Shown here piece after piece: positions 37,680 through 47,499 of a stretch of 63,231 nucleotides of DNA; position 1 is the first letter of the stretch, and each line of letters opens with the position of its first letter. Below the pieces are notes generated by a model. The model had not been told where the DNA came from. It ran no database searches and was given only the letters and a program-made list of their open reading frames with translations. The position numbers and the translations under genes are program-made. Source of the stretch: Acidimicrobiia bacterium (GTDB lineage Bacteria > Actinomycetota > Acidimicrobiia > Spongiisociales > JAHEDJ01); contig JARGFH010000017.1 of NCBI GenBank assembly GCA_029210695.1, positions 1-63,231 of the forward strand, in the 5' to 3' direction.

Positions 37680-38499
37680 AGTCGCCGGTCGTTGCCAGGC
37701 GGGCCTTCGTTATCGCAACTGCTTCCGCACTACTGTCGACCAGCAAGTAGCGACGGTCCAGTTCCTGGGCTGCTACGCCGACGGTGCCGCTTCCGCAGAA
37801 GAAGTCCGCGACGAGATCGCCCGAATTCGATGAGGCGCTGATGATTCTTCGTGCGAGCCCGAGCGGCTTCTGAGTCGGATAGCCGGTTCGCTCGGCGCTG
37901 TTGGTCGGGACGATTGTCATCCACCAAACATCGGTCGGCAGCTTCCCCCTGGCCGCCTTGGCGGGCCCGACCAATCCCGGAGCCATGTAGGGGATGCGAT
38001 CGATCTCGTCGCGATTGAACGTCCAACTGTCTCCCTTGGCGTACCAGAGAATCGAATCGTGTTTGCGTGGCCAGCGATCGCGGTGCCGGCCGCCGTAGTC
38101 GTAGGCCCAGATGATCTCGTTGAGAAAGCGCTCCGGGCCGAATACCTCGTCGAGGATGATCCTTGCGTAATGGACGGCGTGATGGTCGAGGTGGAGATAC
38201 AGGGATCCTCGAGGTGAAAGCACCCGGCGCATCTCGCGTAAACGGATTTCGAGGAACCCGAGGTATTCATTGAAAGGCAGGTCGTCGCGATACTCAATCG
38301 TCGACACGACTTCGAACGGATAGCGGCGGTCGCCGAATCCGGTGCGGACCTGGTCGCCTTCCCCGGTGCGGATCGAATCGAGGCGCCTTCGCTTGCCGGT
38401 CCCGAACGGTGGATCTGTGTAGATCAAATCGACCGCTCCGTCTGGAAGGCCGCGCATGATCTCGAGGTTGTCTCCACACTCCACCAACCGTTTGATCAT
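37642..38499 (-). CDS. Orphan beta-class N6/N4 DNA methyltransferase
   Basis: DPPF near the N-terminus; YPTQKP and DFFCGSGT near the C-terminus. Confidence 0.92.
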   Translation of the reverse strand: MIKRLVECGDNLEIMRGLPDGAVDLIYTDPPFGTGKRRRLDSIRTGEGDQVRTGFGDRRYPFEVVSTIEYRDDLPFNEYLGFLEIRLREMRRVLSPRGSLYLHLDHHAVHYARIILDEVFGPERFLNEIIWAYDYGGRHRDRWPRKHDSILWYAKGDSWTFNRDEIDRIPYMAPGLVGPAKAARGKLPTDVWWMTIVPTNSAERTGYPTQKPLGLARRIISASSNSGDLVADFFCGSGTVGVAAQELDRRYLLVDSSAEAVAITKARLATTGDSTDKHPGGRGTG

Positions 38500-38535
38500 C
38501 GGGCGAGCTTATCCCAGATGGCTACGCTCGCGCAG

Positions 38536-39024
38536 ATGATGATCGAACCGATGCAGTCCTCGGACTGGCCGGAAGTCGCACACATCTACACAGAGGGGAT
38601 CGCCACCGGAAACGCAACGTTCGAGGTCGAAGCTCCGAGTTGGGCCGACTGGGACGCCGGGCATCTCCAGGAAGGCAGGATCGTTGCCCGGAGTCCGGGC
38701 CGGATCGATGGATGGGCGGCCCTCAGCCCGGTCTCCGACCGGTGTGCCTATGGCGGAGTCGCCGAGGTGAGCGTCTACGTGGCGGTCGAAGCCCAGACTC
38801 GTGGCATTGGCAGAGCGCTCCTAGAACGGCTGATCACCGAATCCGAACGGGCCGGTATATGGATGCTCCAGGCAGGGATCTTCCCGGAGAACCGGGCTTC
38901 GATTGCGCTGCATCAGACCTGTGGATTTCGCATCGTCGGGACAAGAGAAAGACTCGGTCAGATGAACGGCCGCTGGCGCGATGTGACCCTGCTCGAGCGT
39001 CGGAGCGCAGTCGTCGGGGTATAG
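38536..39024 (+). CDS. GNAT N-acetyltransferase (Pat/YncA type)
   Basis: GIATGNATFE, S.R..Y.GVAEVSVYV and EN.ASI.LH motifs. Confidence 0.9.
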   Translation: MMIEPMQSSDWPEVAHIYTEGIATGNATFEVEAPSWADWDAGHLQEGRIVARSPGRIDGWAALSPVSDRCAYGGVAEVSVYVAVEAQTRGIGRALLERLITESERAGIWMLQAGIFPENRASIALHQTCGFRIVGTRERLGQMNGRWRDVTLLERRSAVVGV

Positions 39025-39059
39025 AACGAGAGGCCGGTCCGGAGGGGCGGGGCGCCCTT

Positions 39060-39284
39060 CTACTTGTAGCGCCAGACGATGCGACCGCGAGTCGGGTCGT
39101 ATGCAGAGAGTTCCACGTCGACGCGATCGCCGGGCAGGATCCGGATGTAGCGTCCACGCCGCATCTTCCCGGCAGCGCGAGCAAGCACCTCGAGGCCACC
39201 ATCGACCTCGACGCGAAAGGTGGCATTGGGAAGCGTCTCAACGACGACACCCTGCACCCGAATTACATCATCCTGCTTGGCCAC
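39060..39284 (-). CDS. infA: Translation initiation factor IF-1
   Basis: [27 protein letters not shown]...GRI..RYK. Confidence 0.96.
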   Translation of the reverse strand: MAKQDDVIRVQGVVVETLPNATFRVEVDGGLEVLARAAGKMRRGRYIRILPGDRVDVELSAYDPTRGRIVWRYK

Positions 39285-39442
39285 GAGGCTCCTTGGATTA
39301 CCGACTGCCCAGAAGCGTACATGGTGAACGGTCTATTCGGAATTCGAGGCACCGGCGATCGATACCGCCGCCGCCGGGGTTCTGACCCAGGAGTCTGAGT
39401 TCCGGCGAGGCAGCAACCACAACTTGCGACGAATGCACCGAC

Positions 39443-40153
39443 CTACGGGCGAATGAACGTGAGCTGAAGCTCAATCTGCCCGTGGTCTTCCACCCCGACG
39501 AGGACGGGGGCGGATGGCAGGTCGATGCCGAAGTCGCCGTAGGTGACGTCCACGCTTCCCACCACCACGATTCGCTCACCGACCAGCTGCGCTTCGAGCT
39601 GGATCTCGACGGGTCGGGTCGTTCCGTGCAGGGTCAGATCACCGATTGCGGTGACGTTGACGGGGACGCCTTCGGTCGGAACCGAGCCAAGCTCGATTGG
39701 TTGGGTCAGTCGAAACGAGGCCGTCGGGAAAGCCCCGGTCTCGAGAGCTCGCTGCCGCATTGCCCCGTCACGACGATTGTCATCGGACCGGAGCGACGAC
39801 ATATCGACCTCGATGCCGACTGCGGTCAGTGTTGATCCTTCGAGCTCGAGCGAACCGGTCACGGCACTAGTTCGGCCGACTGCCTCGGTGACGCCGATCC
39901 CCACCAGTTCCTCGCCGACCCGGTATCCGGCAAACGAAGCGTCGTCTGCGAGCACGGTCCACGTTCCATCCAGTCCGGCATCGACTGCTTCCTCGAGGAG
40001 GGTCGTTTCTGAAACGGTAGTCGGGTCGGTTGCGGCTTCGACCGCGTCGCTGAGCGAGACGGGGTCAGGGTTGTCCGACCGCAAGAAGAAGAACCACAGC
40101 GCCGCCATCCCGACTACCGCGACGCCGGCAAGCACTATCCATCTTTTCACCAT
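39443..40153 (-). CDS. YceI-family protein
   Basis: N-terminal TM, GYRV.E, SD..RRD, FP.A.F and GDLTLHG.T motifs. Confidence 0.88.
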   Translation of the reverse strand: MVKRWIVLAGVAVVGMAALWFFFLRSDNPDPVSLSDAVEAATDPTTVSETTLLEEAVDAGLDGTWTVLADDASFAGYRVGEELVGIGVTEAVGRTSAVTGSLELEGSTLTAVGIEVDMSSLRSDDNRRDGAMRQRALETGAFPTASFRLTQPIELGSVPTEGVPVNVTAIGDLTLHGTTRPVEIQLEAQLVGERIVVVGSVDVTYGDFGIDLPSAPVLVGVEDHGQIELQLTFIRP

Positions 40154-40227
40154 CAGGTCCCTCCCTCAATTCCGGCTGGTAATAATACGGGCTTGTCGGT
40201 CGTAGGGTTCGCATGACCGCTCGCTGG

Positions 40228-40827
40228 CTAGGGAGCAACGCCTCCGCCGCCGGGCCCGCCACCGCCGCCGGGACGGAAGCCCGATTCGCCGAAGATGTCA
40301 CGGCAGACTTCGTCGGCCGCCAGGAAGACGGGATCGTCGCGATCCTCGAGACCACCGAAGATCCCGCCACCTCCGCCTTGTCCGGAGCCGGGCTGGAATC
40401 CGCTGAGATCTGGATCCGCCATCTCATATCCGTTCTCGCGCATGCATGACGCATATTCCAGGAGCATGTCCTGGAACTCGGTCGTGTTTCGCTGCTCGAA
40501 TCCGAGTGTCACGCCTTCGAGAAAACCCGAACACGCCTCACGGGCAGCCTGCATAGCGTCCCGGTCGCCATCCTCTGCCGGGCGCGGCATACGCAGCTGA
40601 CCATCGGCTCCGACCTCCGGGTCGTCGACTTCCATTCCTTCGTCCCGGAGGCATTGGGTGAAGGCCAGGAGCGCGGTTTCTCGATCGACCTCTTCGTCGA
40701 CGACGGGATCGACGATGTCATCTGTGGCAGTCGCGGTTAGCGAGGCAACCTCATCGCCTGCGCTCCCCGACGAACAGGCCGCGGTCACCAGAGAGATGCC
40801 GACGACAACCAATAACAAACGCCGCAC
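40228..40827 (-). CDS. Lipoprotein of unknown function
   Basis: Lipobox TAAC and two (F/Y)..C(L/M)R..G..(V/M).DP repeats. Confidence 0.8.
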   Translation of the reverse strand: MRRLLLVVVGISLVTAACSSGSAGDEVASLTATATDDIVDPVVDEEVDRETALLAFTQCLRDEGMEVDDPEVGADGQLRMPRPAEDGDRDAMQAAREACSGFLEGVTLGFEQRNTTEFQDMLLEYASCMRENGYEMADPDLSGFQPGSGQGGGGGIFGGLEDRDDPVFLAADEVCRDIFGESGFRPGGGGGPGGGGVAP

Positions 40828-40873
40828 TGGATTCAGACTCCTTGTTGTATCTGCCGAGTATGGCCCGGAGCCC

Positions 40874-40944
40874 TAAACCTAGGGTGAAGGCGAACTGAAG
40901 AATCGATGAGAAAGCTCGCTCACCGTTTTCTCATCTTGCTCTCA
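40874..40944. promoter_or_regulatory. OmpR/MprA-type 11-bp periodic direct repeats
   Basis: TGAAG/TGAAG/TGAGA at 40885, 40896 and 40907; TCTCA at 40929 and 40940. Confidence 0.55.
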
Positions 40945-41008
40945 AACAGTTCATACAACCCGCTCGTACCGTGTCCCCATGCAATCCCCAATCGGCCATA
41001 CTGATGCC

Positions 41009-41680
41009 ATGCGTGTACTTGTCGTGGAGGATGACGCTCAAGTTCGGTCGGCTTTGTCAAGAGCCCTCAACTTCGAGGGTTACGACGTCGACACCGCCAA
41101 CGATGGAGCGGATGCGCTCGAACGGGTTCTCAAAACGACGCCGGACGCCATCGTTCTGGATGTCATGATGCCGCATGTCGATGGTCTCGAAGCCACCAGA
41201 CGGCTCCGGGCGCGCGGCGACACGACTCCTATCCTGCTGCTCACGGCCAGGCACGAAGTGTCCGACCGGGTGGCCGGTCTCGATGCCGGCGCCGATGACT
41301 ATCTGGTCAAACCGTTTGCCCTCGAGGAGTTGCTGGCTCGCCTCCGTGCACTGCTGCGTCGATCCGAACCGGAAACCAATGAGATCATGAAGGTGGGAGA
41401 CCTGACGCTTGACCCTGCTACCCGTCTGGTGAAGCGTGGGGACACACCGATCGAACTAACCAAGACCGAGTTCCAGCTACTCGAGCTCCTGATGTTCAAC
41501 GAAGGCATCGTGCTGACGCGTGAAACTATCTACGAACGCATCTGGGGTTTCGATTTCGGGACGTCGTCGAACTCCCTCGACGTGTACGTCGGCTACCTCC
41601 GACGAAAGACCGAACCGGACGGCGCCCCTCGCCTGATTCAGACTGTGCGGGGTGTCGGCTATGTGATCCGGGACGTATGA
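41009..41680 (+). CDS. OmpR-family response regulator (MprA-like)
   Basis: [34 protein letters not shown] and TVRGVGY motifs. Confidence 0.93.
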   Translation: MRVLVVEDDAQVRSALSRALNFEGYDVDTANDGADALERVLKTTPDAIVLDVMMPHVDGLEATRRLRARGDTTPILLLTARHEVSDRVAGLDAGADDYLVKPFALEELLARLRALLRRSEPETNEIMKVGDLTLDPATRLVKRGDTPIELTKTEFQLLELLMFNEGIVLTRETIYERIWGFDFGTSSNSLDVYVGYLRRKTEPDGAPRLIQTVRGVGYVIRDV

Positions 41681-43080
41681 GCCTTCGCCTCCGCCTCACG
41701 CTCTTTGTTGCCGGAGCCGCCGCGGTAGCGGTCGCGGCGGTGGCAACCGCGGCCTACCTCTCTGCTGCCGATGAGGTATACGGCGAGGTCGATGCGTTCC
41801 TTGAACAGCGTATCGGGTTCCTCGGCGCATTCAGTCTCTTCGATGGAGGCGCAGGTGATCCGCTCCGGCTGGCCGACGACCCGATCATGGGCATGGGCAT
41901 GGGCATCGGTGGTCGCGGCTCCCGATTCGTCCAACCCGACTCAGTCGTGCAGATCCTCTCCGCAGACGGGACCATCTTCGCCACGTCGGGCCCGCTCCCC
42001 GTCGATGACGTCGATCGGGAGGTTCTCGGCGGGGAGCGACAGGCAACCATCCACACGGTCGACGTGGACGGCGAGCAGTATCGCATCATCACCGCCCCGT
42101 TCACCATCCCCACCGTCGGCGACCATCCGCTCGGAGCCGTGCAGGTGGGCCGTTCGTTGACCGAGGCACTCGCCGTCCTCGACGGCATGCGCTTCAAGAT
42201 GTTCGCTACCGGCGCGCTCGGCGTCGCAATCGCCGCCCTGGCCGGTTGGCTGATCGCCGGCCGTGCACTGCGACCGGTCGGCGAGCTCACCGCGGCCGCA
42301 GAGCACGTGGCGGCCACGCAGGATCTCGAGTCGCCGATCGCCGTCGTGCAGGAAGATGAGATCGGACGCCTGGCGAAGTCCTTCAACTCGATGCTCGGCG
42401 CGCTGGCAGACTCGAAGCGGCAGCAGCAGCAGCTCGTGGCCGACGCCGGGCATGAGCTGCGGACGCCTCTGACCAGCCTCCGGACGAATATCGAACTCCT
42501 GGCCCGGGCCACCAGCCTTCCCGCCGACCAACGGCGCGAGCTGCTGGATGACGCGACGACTGAACTCGAAGAGCTCTCCGAGCTGGTCGGGGAACTCGTC
42601 GACCTCGCCGCCGATCGGCCCGTCGACGAACCTCTCTCCGACGTGCGACTCGACCAGATCGTTGAATCTGTCGCAAAGCGTGCACAGCGACGGTGGGACC
42701 GGCAGGTGAACGTCGACAGCGAGCCAACCGTTCTGCGAGCCCGAATGGGAGGAGTCGAGCGTGCCGTCTCCAACCTCATCGAGAACGCCGTCAAGTGGGG
42801 GCCGCCCGGCACGCCGGTCGAGGTTGTCCAGCGCCGCGGACTCGTGACTGTCCGCGATCACGGACCCGGGATCGAGGCGTCCGACCAGACCAGGGTGTTC
42901 GATCGCTTCTACCGGGCGACGGCGGCCCGGACGATGCCGGGCTCCGGCCTCGGCCTGGCCATCGTGCGCCAGATCGCACAGGAGCATGGCGGTACGGTTA
43001 GCGCGGCAAACGCTCCCGACGGAGGCGCGGTCGTGGGTTTCGAACTCCCCGAAGCTGAACCAGTAGGCAGCGGGCAGTAG
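41677..43080 (+). CDS. HAMP sensor histidine kinase (MprB-like)
   Basis: Two TMs, [25 protein letters not shown] and GSGLGLAI motifs. Confidence 0.93.
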   Translation: MSLRLRLTLFVAGAAAVAVAAVATAAYLSAADEVYGEVDAFLEQRIGFLGAFSLFDGGAGDPLRLADDPIMGMGMGIGGRGSRFVQPDSVVQILSADGTIFATSGPLPVDDVDREVLGGERQATIHTVDVDGEQYRIITAPFTIPTVGDHPLGAVQVGRSLTEALAVLDGMRFKMFATGALGVAIAALAGWLIAGRALRPVGELTAAAEHVAATQDLESPIAVVQEDEIGRLAKSFNSMLGALADSKRQQQQLVADAGHELRTPLTSLRTNIELLARATSLPADQRRELLDDATTELEELSELVGELVDLAADRPVDEPLSDVRLDQIVESVAKRAQRRWDRQVNVDSEPTVLRARMGGVERAVSNLIENAVKWGPPGTPVEVVQRRGLVTVRDHGPGIEASDQTRVFDRFYRATAARTMPGSGLGLAIVRQIAQEHGGTVSAANAPDGGAVVGFELPEAEPVGSGQ

Positions 43081-43091
43081 GCACTGCTCTC

Positions 43092-44429
43092 TCATCCACT
43101 CCTGGCCACGAGGATGAGGTCTCCCACATTCGTGCCGGTCGGCCCGGTCACGATGACATCACCCACCGTAGAGAGATACGAGTAGCTGTCGTTCCTGGCC
43201 AGGAAGTCCGCAGCATCGAGACCGTGCACCACCCCACGCTCGACCGTCCACCCGTCGGCGAACGCACCTGCCGCTTCCGTCACTCCGTCTATGCCGTCGG
43301 TTCCGGCAGACAGCAGCACCAGATCGCTGCTACCCGCCAGCTCAGCGGCGGCCGCCAAGGCCAGTTCCTGATTGCGGCCCCCTCGGCCGTCCCCGGCTAC
43401 CGTGACGGTCGTCTCGCCTGCATAGATCAGCAACTCCCCCGGGCGGAGTTCCCGGGCGGCTCCGACGATTTCGACGGCGACCTCACGCGCTTCGCCGGTG
43501 ACGGTGGCTGAGACCAACTCCGGTTCCCACCCGAGTTTTCGGGCGGCCTCGGCTGCCCCTTCCGCAGCCCTGGTTGCATCGGCAATGATGGCGATGGTCT
43601 GGCGATCGAGTCCGACCCCCTCGACCGGCGTTTCGGGAACCCTCCCCTCTTCACCGGCGGTCAAATGCTCGAGCACAGGCACCGGCACTCGCCCGGCTAC
43701 GCCGTAGCGATCGAGGACCGCGGCCGCCTCCCTATAGGTCGAGTGATCCGGCACGGTTGGTCCGGAGGCGATGATCTCGAGGTCGTTGCCGACGACGTCG
43801 GAGATCACCAGAGTGAGGACCACACCTGCACCGGCCGCCGCCTCGATCAGACGCCCCCCGCTGACTGCCGACAGATGTTTCCTGACCGTGTTGAGGTCTC
43901 CAATGGAGGCGCTGCTGCGAAGAAGCAGGGAGGTGGTGGCGGCCAGATCGCTCAACTTCAACCCGCCGGCAGGCATCGTCAGCAACGAAGACCCTCCGCC
44001 GGAGATAGCAACCATCACGAGATCGTTCGGTCCGGCCCCCCTCGCCAGATCGAGGAGTTCGGTGGCTGCTGCCACGCTGCGTTCATCGGGAACGGGATGG
44101 CTTCCTTCCACGACTCGCAACCCGGGAACCGCTCCAACCTGGTTGGTAACGACGATACCCTCGACCCGCATCCCATCGACCGCGCGGATGATCCCCCTGG
44201 CCATCGGGACGGACGCTTTCCCGAAGGCGAGCACCAGACACCGGTCGATCGCAGCTAGCTCGACCGGCCGTCCGGCCAGTGTCAAGCGGTCCTCATCCCG
44301 TTGAAGCGCAGCGAGAACCGCCGCCTCTGGATCGACGGCGTCGAGAGCGCCGGCGAAGACGCGCATGAGGCTCCCGCGCCGGCCCGGATCATTGGCAATC
44401 GCGCGCCGGTCGAACGCGCCTCCAGTCAT
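43092..44429 (-). CDS. Glycerate 2-kinase (MOFRL/TtuD type)
   Basis: GKAS..MA, HPVPD, SGGGS, N.VRKHLS..GG, SDV.G...IASGPT, GETTV, GRNQE, TDG.DG and TGTNV.D motifs; ATGA overlap with mgs. Confidence 0.93.
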   Translation of the reverse strand: MTGGAFDRRAIANDPGRRGSLMRVFAGALDAVDPEAAVLAALQRDEDRLTLAGRPVELAAIDRCLVLAFGKASVPMARGIIRAVDGMRVEGIVVTNQVGAVPGLRVVEGSHPVPDERSVAAATELLDLARGAGPNDLVMVAISGGGSSLLTMPAGGLKLSDLAATTSLLLRSSASIGDLNTVRKHLSAVSGGRLIEAAAGAGVVLTLVISDVVGNDLEIIASGPTVPDHSTYREAAAVLDRYGVAGRVPVPVLEHLTAGEEGRVPETPVEGVGLDRQTIAIIADATRAAEGAAEAARKLGWEPELVSATVTGEAREVAVEIVGAARELRPGELLIYAGETTVTVAGDGRGGRNQELALAAAAELAGSSDLVLLSAGTDGIDGVTEAAGAFADGWTVERGVVHGLDAADFLARNDSYSYLSTVGDVIVTGPTGTNVGDLILVARSG

Positions 44430-45574
44430 AGGCCCGGCGCCGCCCGACTCACATAACCGGCGACCATGGCCTGCAAGTACCGCTGCGAATGGTCGTATCC
44501 GCGCAGCGCTCGGGTAACGGTGTAGTTGATCACTCGCGTGACCCAGAGACGAAAAAGGAGCGCCTCCCATTCGGCATCGCCTGGAACAAACTGCTCGAGG
44601 AGGACCTCGTAGGTGTCGTGCCAGGCTTCTTCGTCCATGAAGAGGAAGGTCGGGCGCAGGCGGTTCGTGAGCATTCCATCGCGTACAACCACAGGGAAGT
44701 GTTCGAGGAGGCCAACCTGGCCCTCGGTCCAATCCCCACTGAGAAGCCGCAACGTCACCTCGAGGTTGTAGCCGACCTCCTCGGTGATCGAAGCCGGGAC
44801 GGCATCCGTCGCCTCGACCTGGTGGGGCACCGCCCCGGCGATCTGCTGACCGGCGAGGCTCTGCATCGCAGAGAAACACTCAACCAGCATGGCGCGCAGA
44901 TCAGTGAGGCCGCCGTACAAGGCGTGCGCCTTGCCCTGCGATATGTAGGTCTCGTACAAGGAGAAACCCGCCTGCACGGTCGAGAACGTATACAGCGTGT
45001 CGATGCCCCAGTCGCTCTGGGCCTGCACTCGATCATTTGCGATAAGAGCTTCCACCACCGGACGCGTGAACAGGAGTTCGCCACCGAGCGGCTGCTCGAC
45101 TCTCGGGAGGTCGGAGCCGGGCCACAACAAGGCGAACCCGGTCCTGGTCACCATCCAGGTGATCATTGCATCGGTGCTCGAACGGGGAAAGAAATGCCGC
45201 ACGACGTCGTACCCGAGATCGGCTCCCCTCTCTGCTTGCGTGATCCACTCCGGGCCGAAACTGGTGATGTCGGCGTCGTAGAAATGCAGGCGATCGGCGC
45301 TGGTCTCCGTGAGGAAGTAGCGGAGCGCGGTGTTCATCCCGTCGCCCTTGCCGGGTCGTTTGGACCCGATCCGCGCCTGGAGGATCAGGTCGAGGGGGGT
45401 CGAAGTCGCTGCTGAGATCGCGCTGCGGGCCGCCTCAACCGCCGCGAACGTGGACTCCGCTTCAGCGCCCACCGCCAGAACCAGGTCCACTGCAGGATGG
45501 GAGGCGGCGATCCGGAGGTTGTTCAGAACCACCTCGGGATCTTCAACCCTGAACGGAAACACGACGAGGCTCAT
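44426..45574 (-). CDS. mgs: Mannosylglycerate synthase (GT78)
   Basis: MSLVVFPF, RPGKGDGMNTALRYFL, HFYDADITSF, STDAMITW, QPLGGE, SDWGIDT and KAH.LYGGL match Rhodothermus marinus MGS as I recall it. Confidence 0.9.
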   Translation of the reverse strand: MSLVVFPFRVEDPEVVLNNLRIAASHPAVDLVLAVGAEAESTFAAVEAARSAISAATSTPLDLILQARIGSKRPGKGDGMNTALRYFLTETSADRLHFYDADITSFGPEWITQAERGADLGYDVVRHFFPRSSTDAMITWMVTRTGFALLWPGSDLPRVEQPLGGELLFTRPVVEALIANDRVQAQSDWGIDTLYTFSTVQAGFSLYETYISQGKAHALYGGLTDLRAMLVECFSAMQSLAGQQIAGAVPHQVEATDAVPASITEEVGYNLEVTLRLLSGDWTEGQVGLLEHFPVVVRDGMLTNRLRPTFLFMDEEAWHDTYEVLLEQFVPGDAEWEALLFRLWVTRVINYTVTRALRGYDHSQRYLQAMVAGYVSRAAPGL

Positions 45575-45625
45575 AACGGGGCCCAACCTACTCGTGATGA
45601 GCGCTGTGGGTGTTCTCGGTGTTGC

Positions 45626-45646
45626 CAATTGGCAATTGGCAATTGG
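45626..45646. repeat. (CAATTGG)3 heptamer tandem
   Basis: Three perfect copies, flanked by opposing GGTGTT/AACACC-type heptamer tracts. Confidence 0.8.
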
Positions 45647-45789
45647 CCACGTGCCATACGCGGTGTCAATAAGAACGTTCGACGCGATAGAACCCAACAC
45701 CCAGAACCTATAACGCCGACCCGCGACTAGAAAGCCGCGAAAATATTCTCTAGATCCAGTTCGTATCCCGGACGGCGATCGCCCATAAT

Positions 45790-45818
45790 CTGAAACGTGA
45801 CTCAGGTGTCAACTTCAG
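45790..45818. promoter_or_regulatory. Putative TetR operator
   Basis: CTGAA..TGAC-N6-GTCA..TTCAG dyad overlapping the TetR start, just after a CATAAT -10-like box. Confidence 0.5.
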
Positions 45819-46423
45819 CCGTCACCGCTCCCCCCACCGCCCGTGGCCGGGCGACAAGGCAAGCGATCCTCGATGCAGCAGAAGAGGTTTTCGGGGAGCT
45901 TTCGTTCGACCGGGCCTCCGTCGCTGAGATCACCCGCCGTGCCGGAGTCGCGCAAGGGACGTTCTACGTCTACTTTCCCGACAAGAAGGCAGCCTTCAGC
46001 GAGCTGGTCCGCCACCTCAATCACACGTTGCGGGAGACAATCGCCAGGTCCGTGGGGGAACTCACCGATCGCCGGGAAATCGAACGAGCCGGCTTCCGGG
46101 CCTTCTTCGACTACGTGCGGGACCATCGTTCGCTGTACATGGTCGTCAGGGAGGCCGAGTTCGTCGACCCCGCCGTCTACCGCTGGCACTACGACACCCT
46201 CGGCGACGGATACGTCCGCGGCCTCGAACAGGCGAAAACGATTGGCCAGCTCCCGGCCTCGCTGCATTCGGAGACGATTGCCCACCTCTTGATGGGCATC
46301 GCCGAGTTCATGGGAGCCCGCTACGTCCTTCGAGCGGATGCAGATCTATCAGAGGACGTCTTCGAACAGGTCATGGCATTCATCGACCGGGGCCTCGGCT
46401 ACCTGGAAGGAGGCAGATCGTGA
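45797..46423 (+). CDS. TetR-family regulator
   Basis: TR..IL.AA..VF, V.EI..RAGVA.GTFYVYF.DK HTH. Confidence 0.92.
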   Translation: MTQVSTSAVTAPPTARGRATRQAILDAAEEVFGELSFDRASVAEITRRAGVAQGTFYVYFPDKKAAFSELVRHLNHTLRETIARSVGELTDRREIERAGFRAFFDYVRDHRSLYMVVREAEFVDPAVYRWHYDTLGDGYVRGLEQAKTIGQLPASLHSETIAHLLMGIAEFMGARYVLRADADLSEDVFEQVMAFIDRGLGYLEGGRS

Positions 46424-47499
46424 CCGTTCCGATTCTCCCCGGGATCCGAGCCGAAACTCTTGCCACCCGGCGACTCACCACCAGGGTGCTATTCAGCGGA
46501 CCCGTTGAAGGCGAGCCCATCCTCTTCCTGCACGGAAACTTGTCATCCGCCACGTGGTGGGAAACCACCATGCTCCGGATTCCTCAACGGTTCCGGGTCA
46601 TCGCCCCGGACCAGCGGGGATTCGGTGGCGCCGACCCGACCGCCACGATCGACGCGACGAATGGCCTCGGAGATCTCGTTGACGACGCGCTGGCGCTGCT
46701 CGACCATCTGGGCATCGATGCGGCTCACGTCGTCGGCAACTCAATGGGAGGCGGCGTCGTGTGGCGCCTGATGGCAGAGGCCCCCGATCGAATGCGCACT
46801 GTGACACTCGTGTCGCCCGGATCACCGTACGGCTTCGGAGGGACGAAGGGCGAAGACGGCGAACCTTGCTGGAGCGACTTCTCCGGATCGGGTGGCGGGC
46901 TCATCAATCCGCAACTCGTCGAACGTCTGCGATCGGCAGACTCCGGTCTGGAAAGCCCCTTCTCGCCGCGCAACGCGTTGCGCACACTCATCGTCGCACC
47001 CGGGTCGGTTCCCGAGAACGAGGACGCCCTTGTTGGTGCCATGCTGTCCACACACCTCGGAGAGCAGCACTACCCGGGTGACATGACCCCGAGCGGCAAC
47101 TGGCCGTTCGCGGCGCCGGGAACGATGGGCGTCAACAATGCGCTTTCGCCGAAGTACACCGGCGATCTCGTCCACCGACTCCTTTCTGCCGAACCCAAAC
47201 CGCCGGTCGCCTGGATTCGAGGCGAACTCGACAAGGTCGTCGCAGACAATGCCCTCGGCGACCCGGGAACGCTGGGCGCACTCGGCCTCATCCCCGGTTG
47301 GCCGGGAGCAGACATCTATCCGTCCCAGCCGATGCTCGCCCAGACGCGACGCGTCCTCGACCGCTATCGAGCGGCAGGCGGCTCTTACACCGAAACCATC
47401 ATCGAGGGAGCGGCGCACGTGCCCTTCATCGAGGATCCAACCACATTCGATGCCGTGTTCCACGCGCACATCGACAACACAGGAGGAAACGACACATGA
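46420..47499 (+). CDS. Alpha/beta hydrolase
   Basis: FLHGN, PDQRGFG, GNSMGG nucleophile elbow and a C-terminal H.P..E motif. Confidence 0.9.
   Translation: MTVPILPGIRAETLATRRLTTRVLFSGPVEGEPILFLHGNLSSATWWETTMLRIPQRFRVIAPDQRGFGGADPTATIDATNGLGDLVDDALALLDHLGIDAAHVVGNSMGGGVVWRLMAEAPDRMRTVTLVSPGSPYGFGGTKGEDGEPCWSDFSGSGGGLINPQLVERLRSADSGLESPFSPRNALRTLIVAPGSVPENEDALVGAMLSTHLGEQHYPGDMTPSGNWPFAAPGTMGVNNALSPKYTGDLVHRLLSAEPKPPVAWIRGELDKVVADNALGDPGTLGALGLIPGWPGADIYPSQPMLAQTRRVLDRYRAAGGSYTETIIEGAAHVPFIEDPTTFDAVFHAHIDNTGGNDT

Noticed and set aside
37642..38499. Restriction-modification defence island
   Set aside because: No endonuclease or other defence genes are adjacent.
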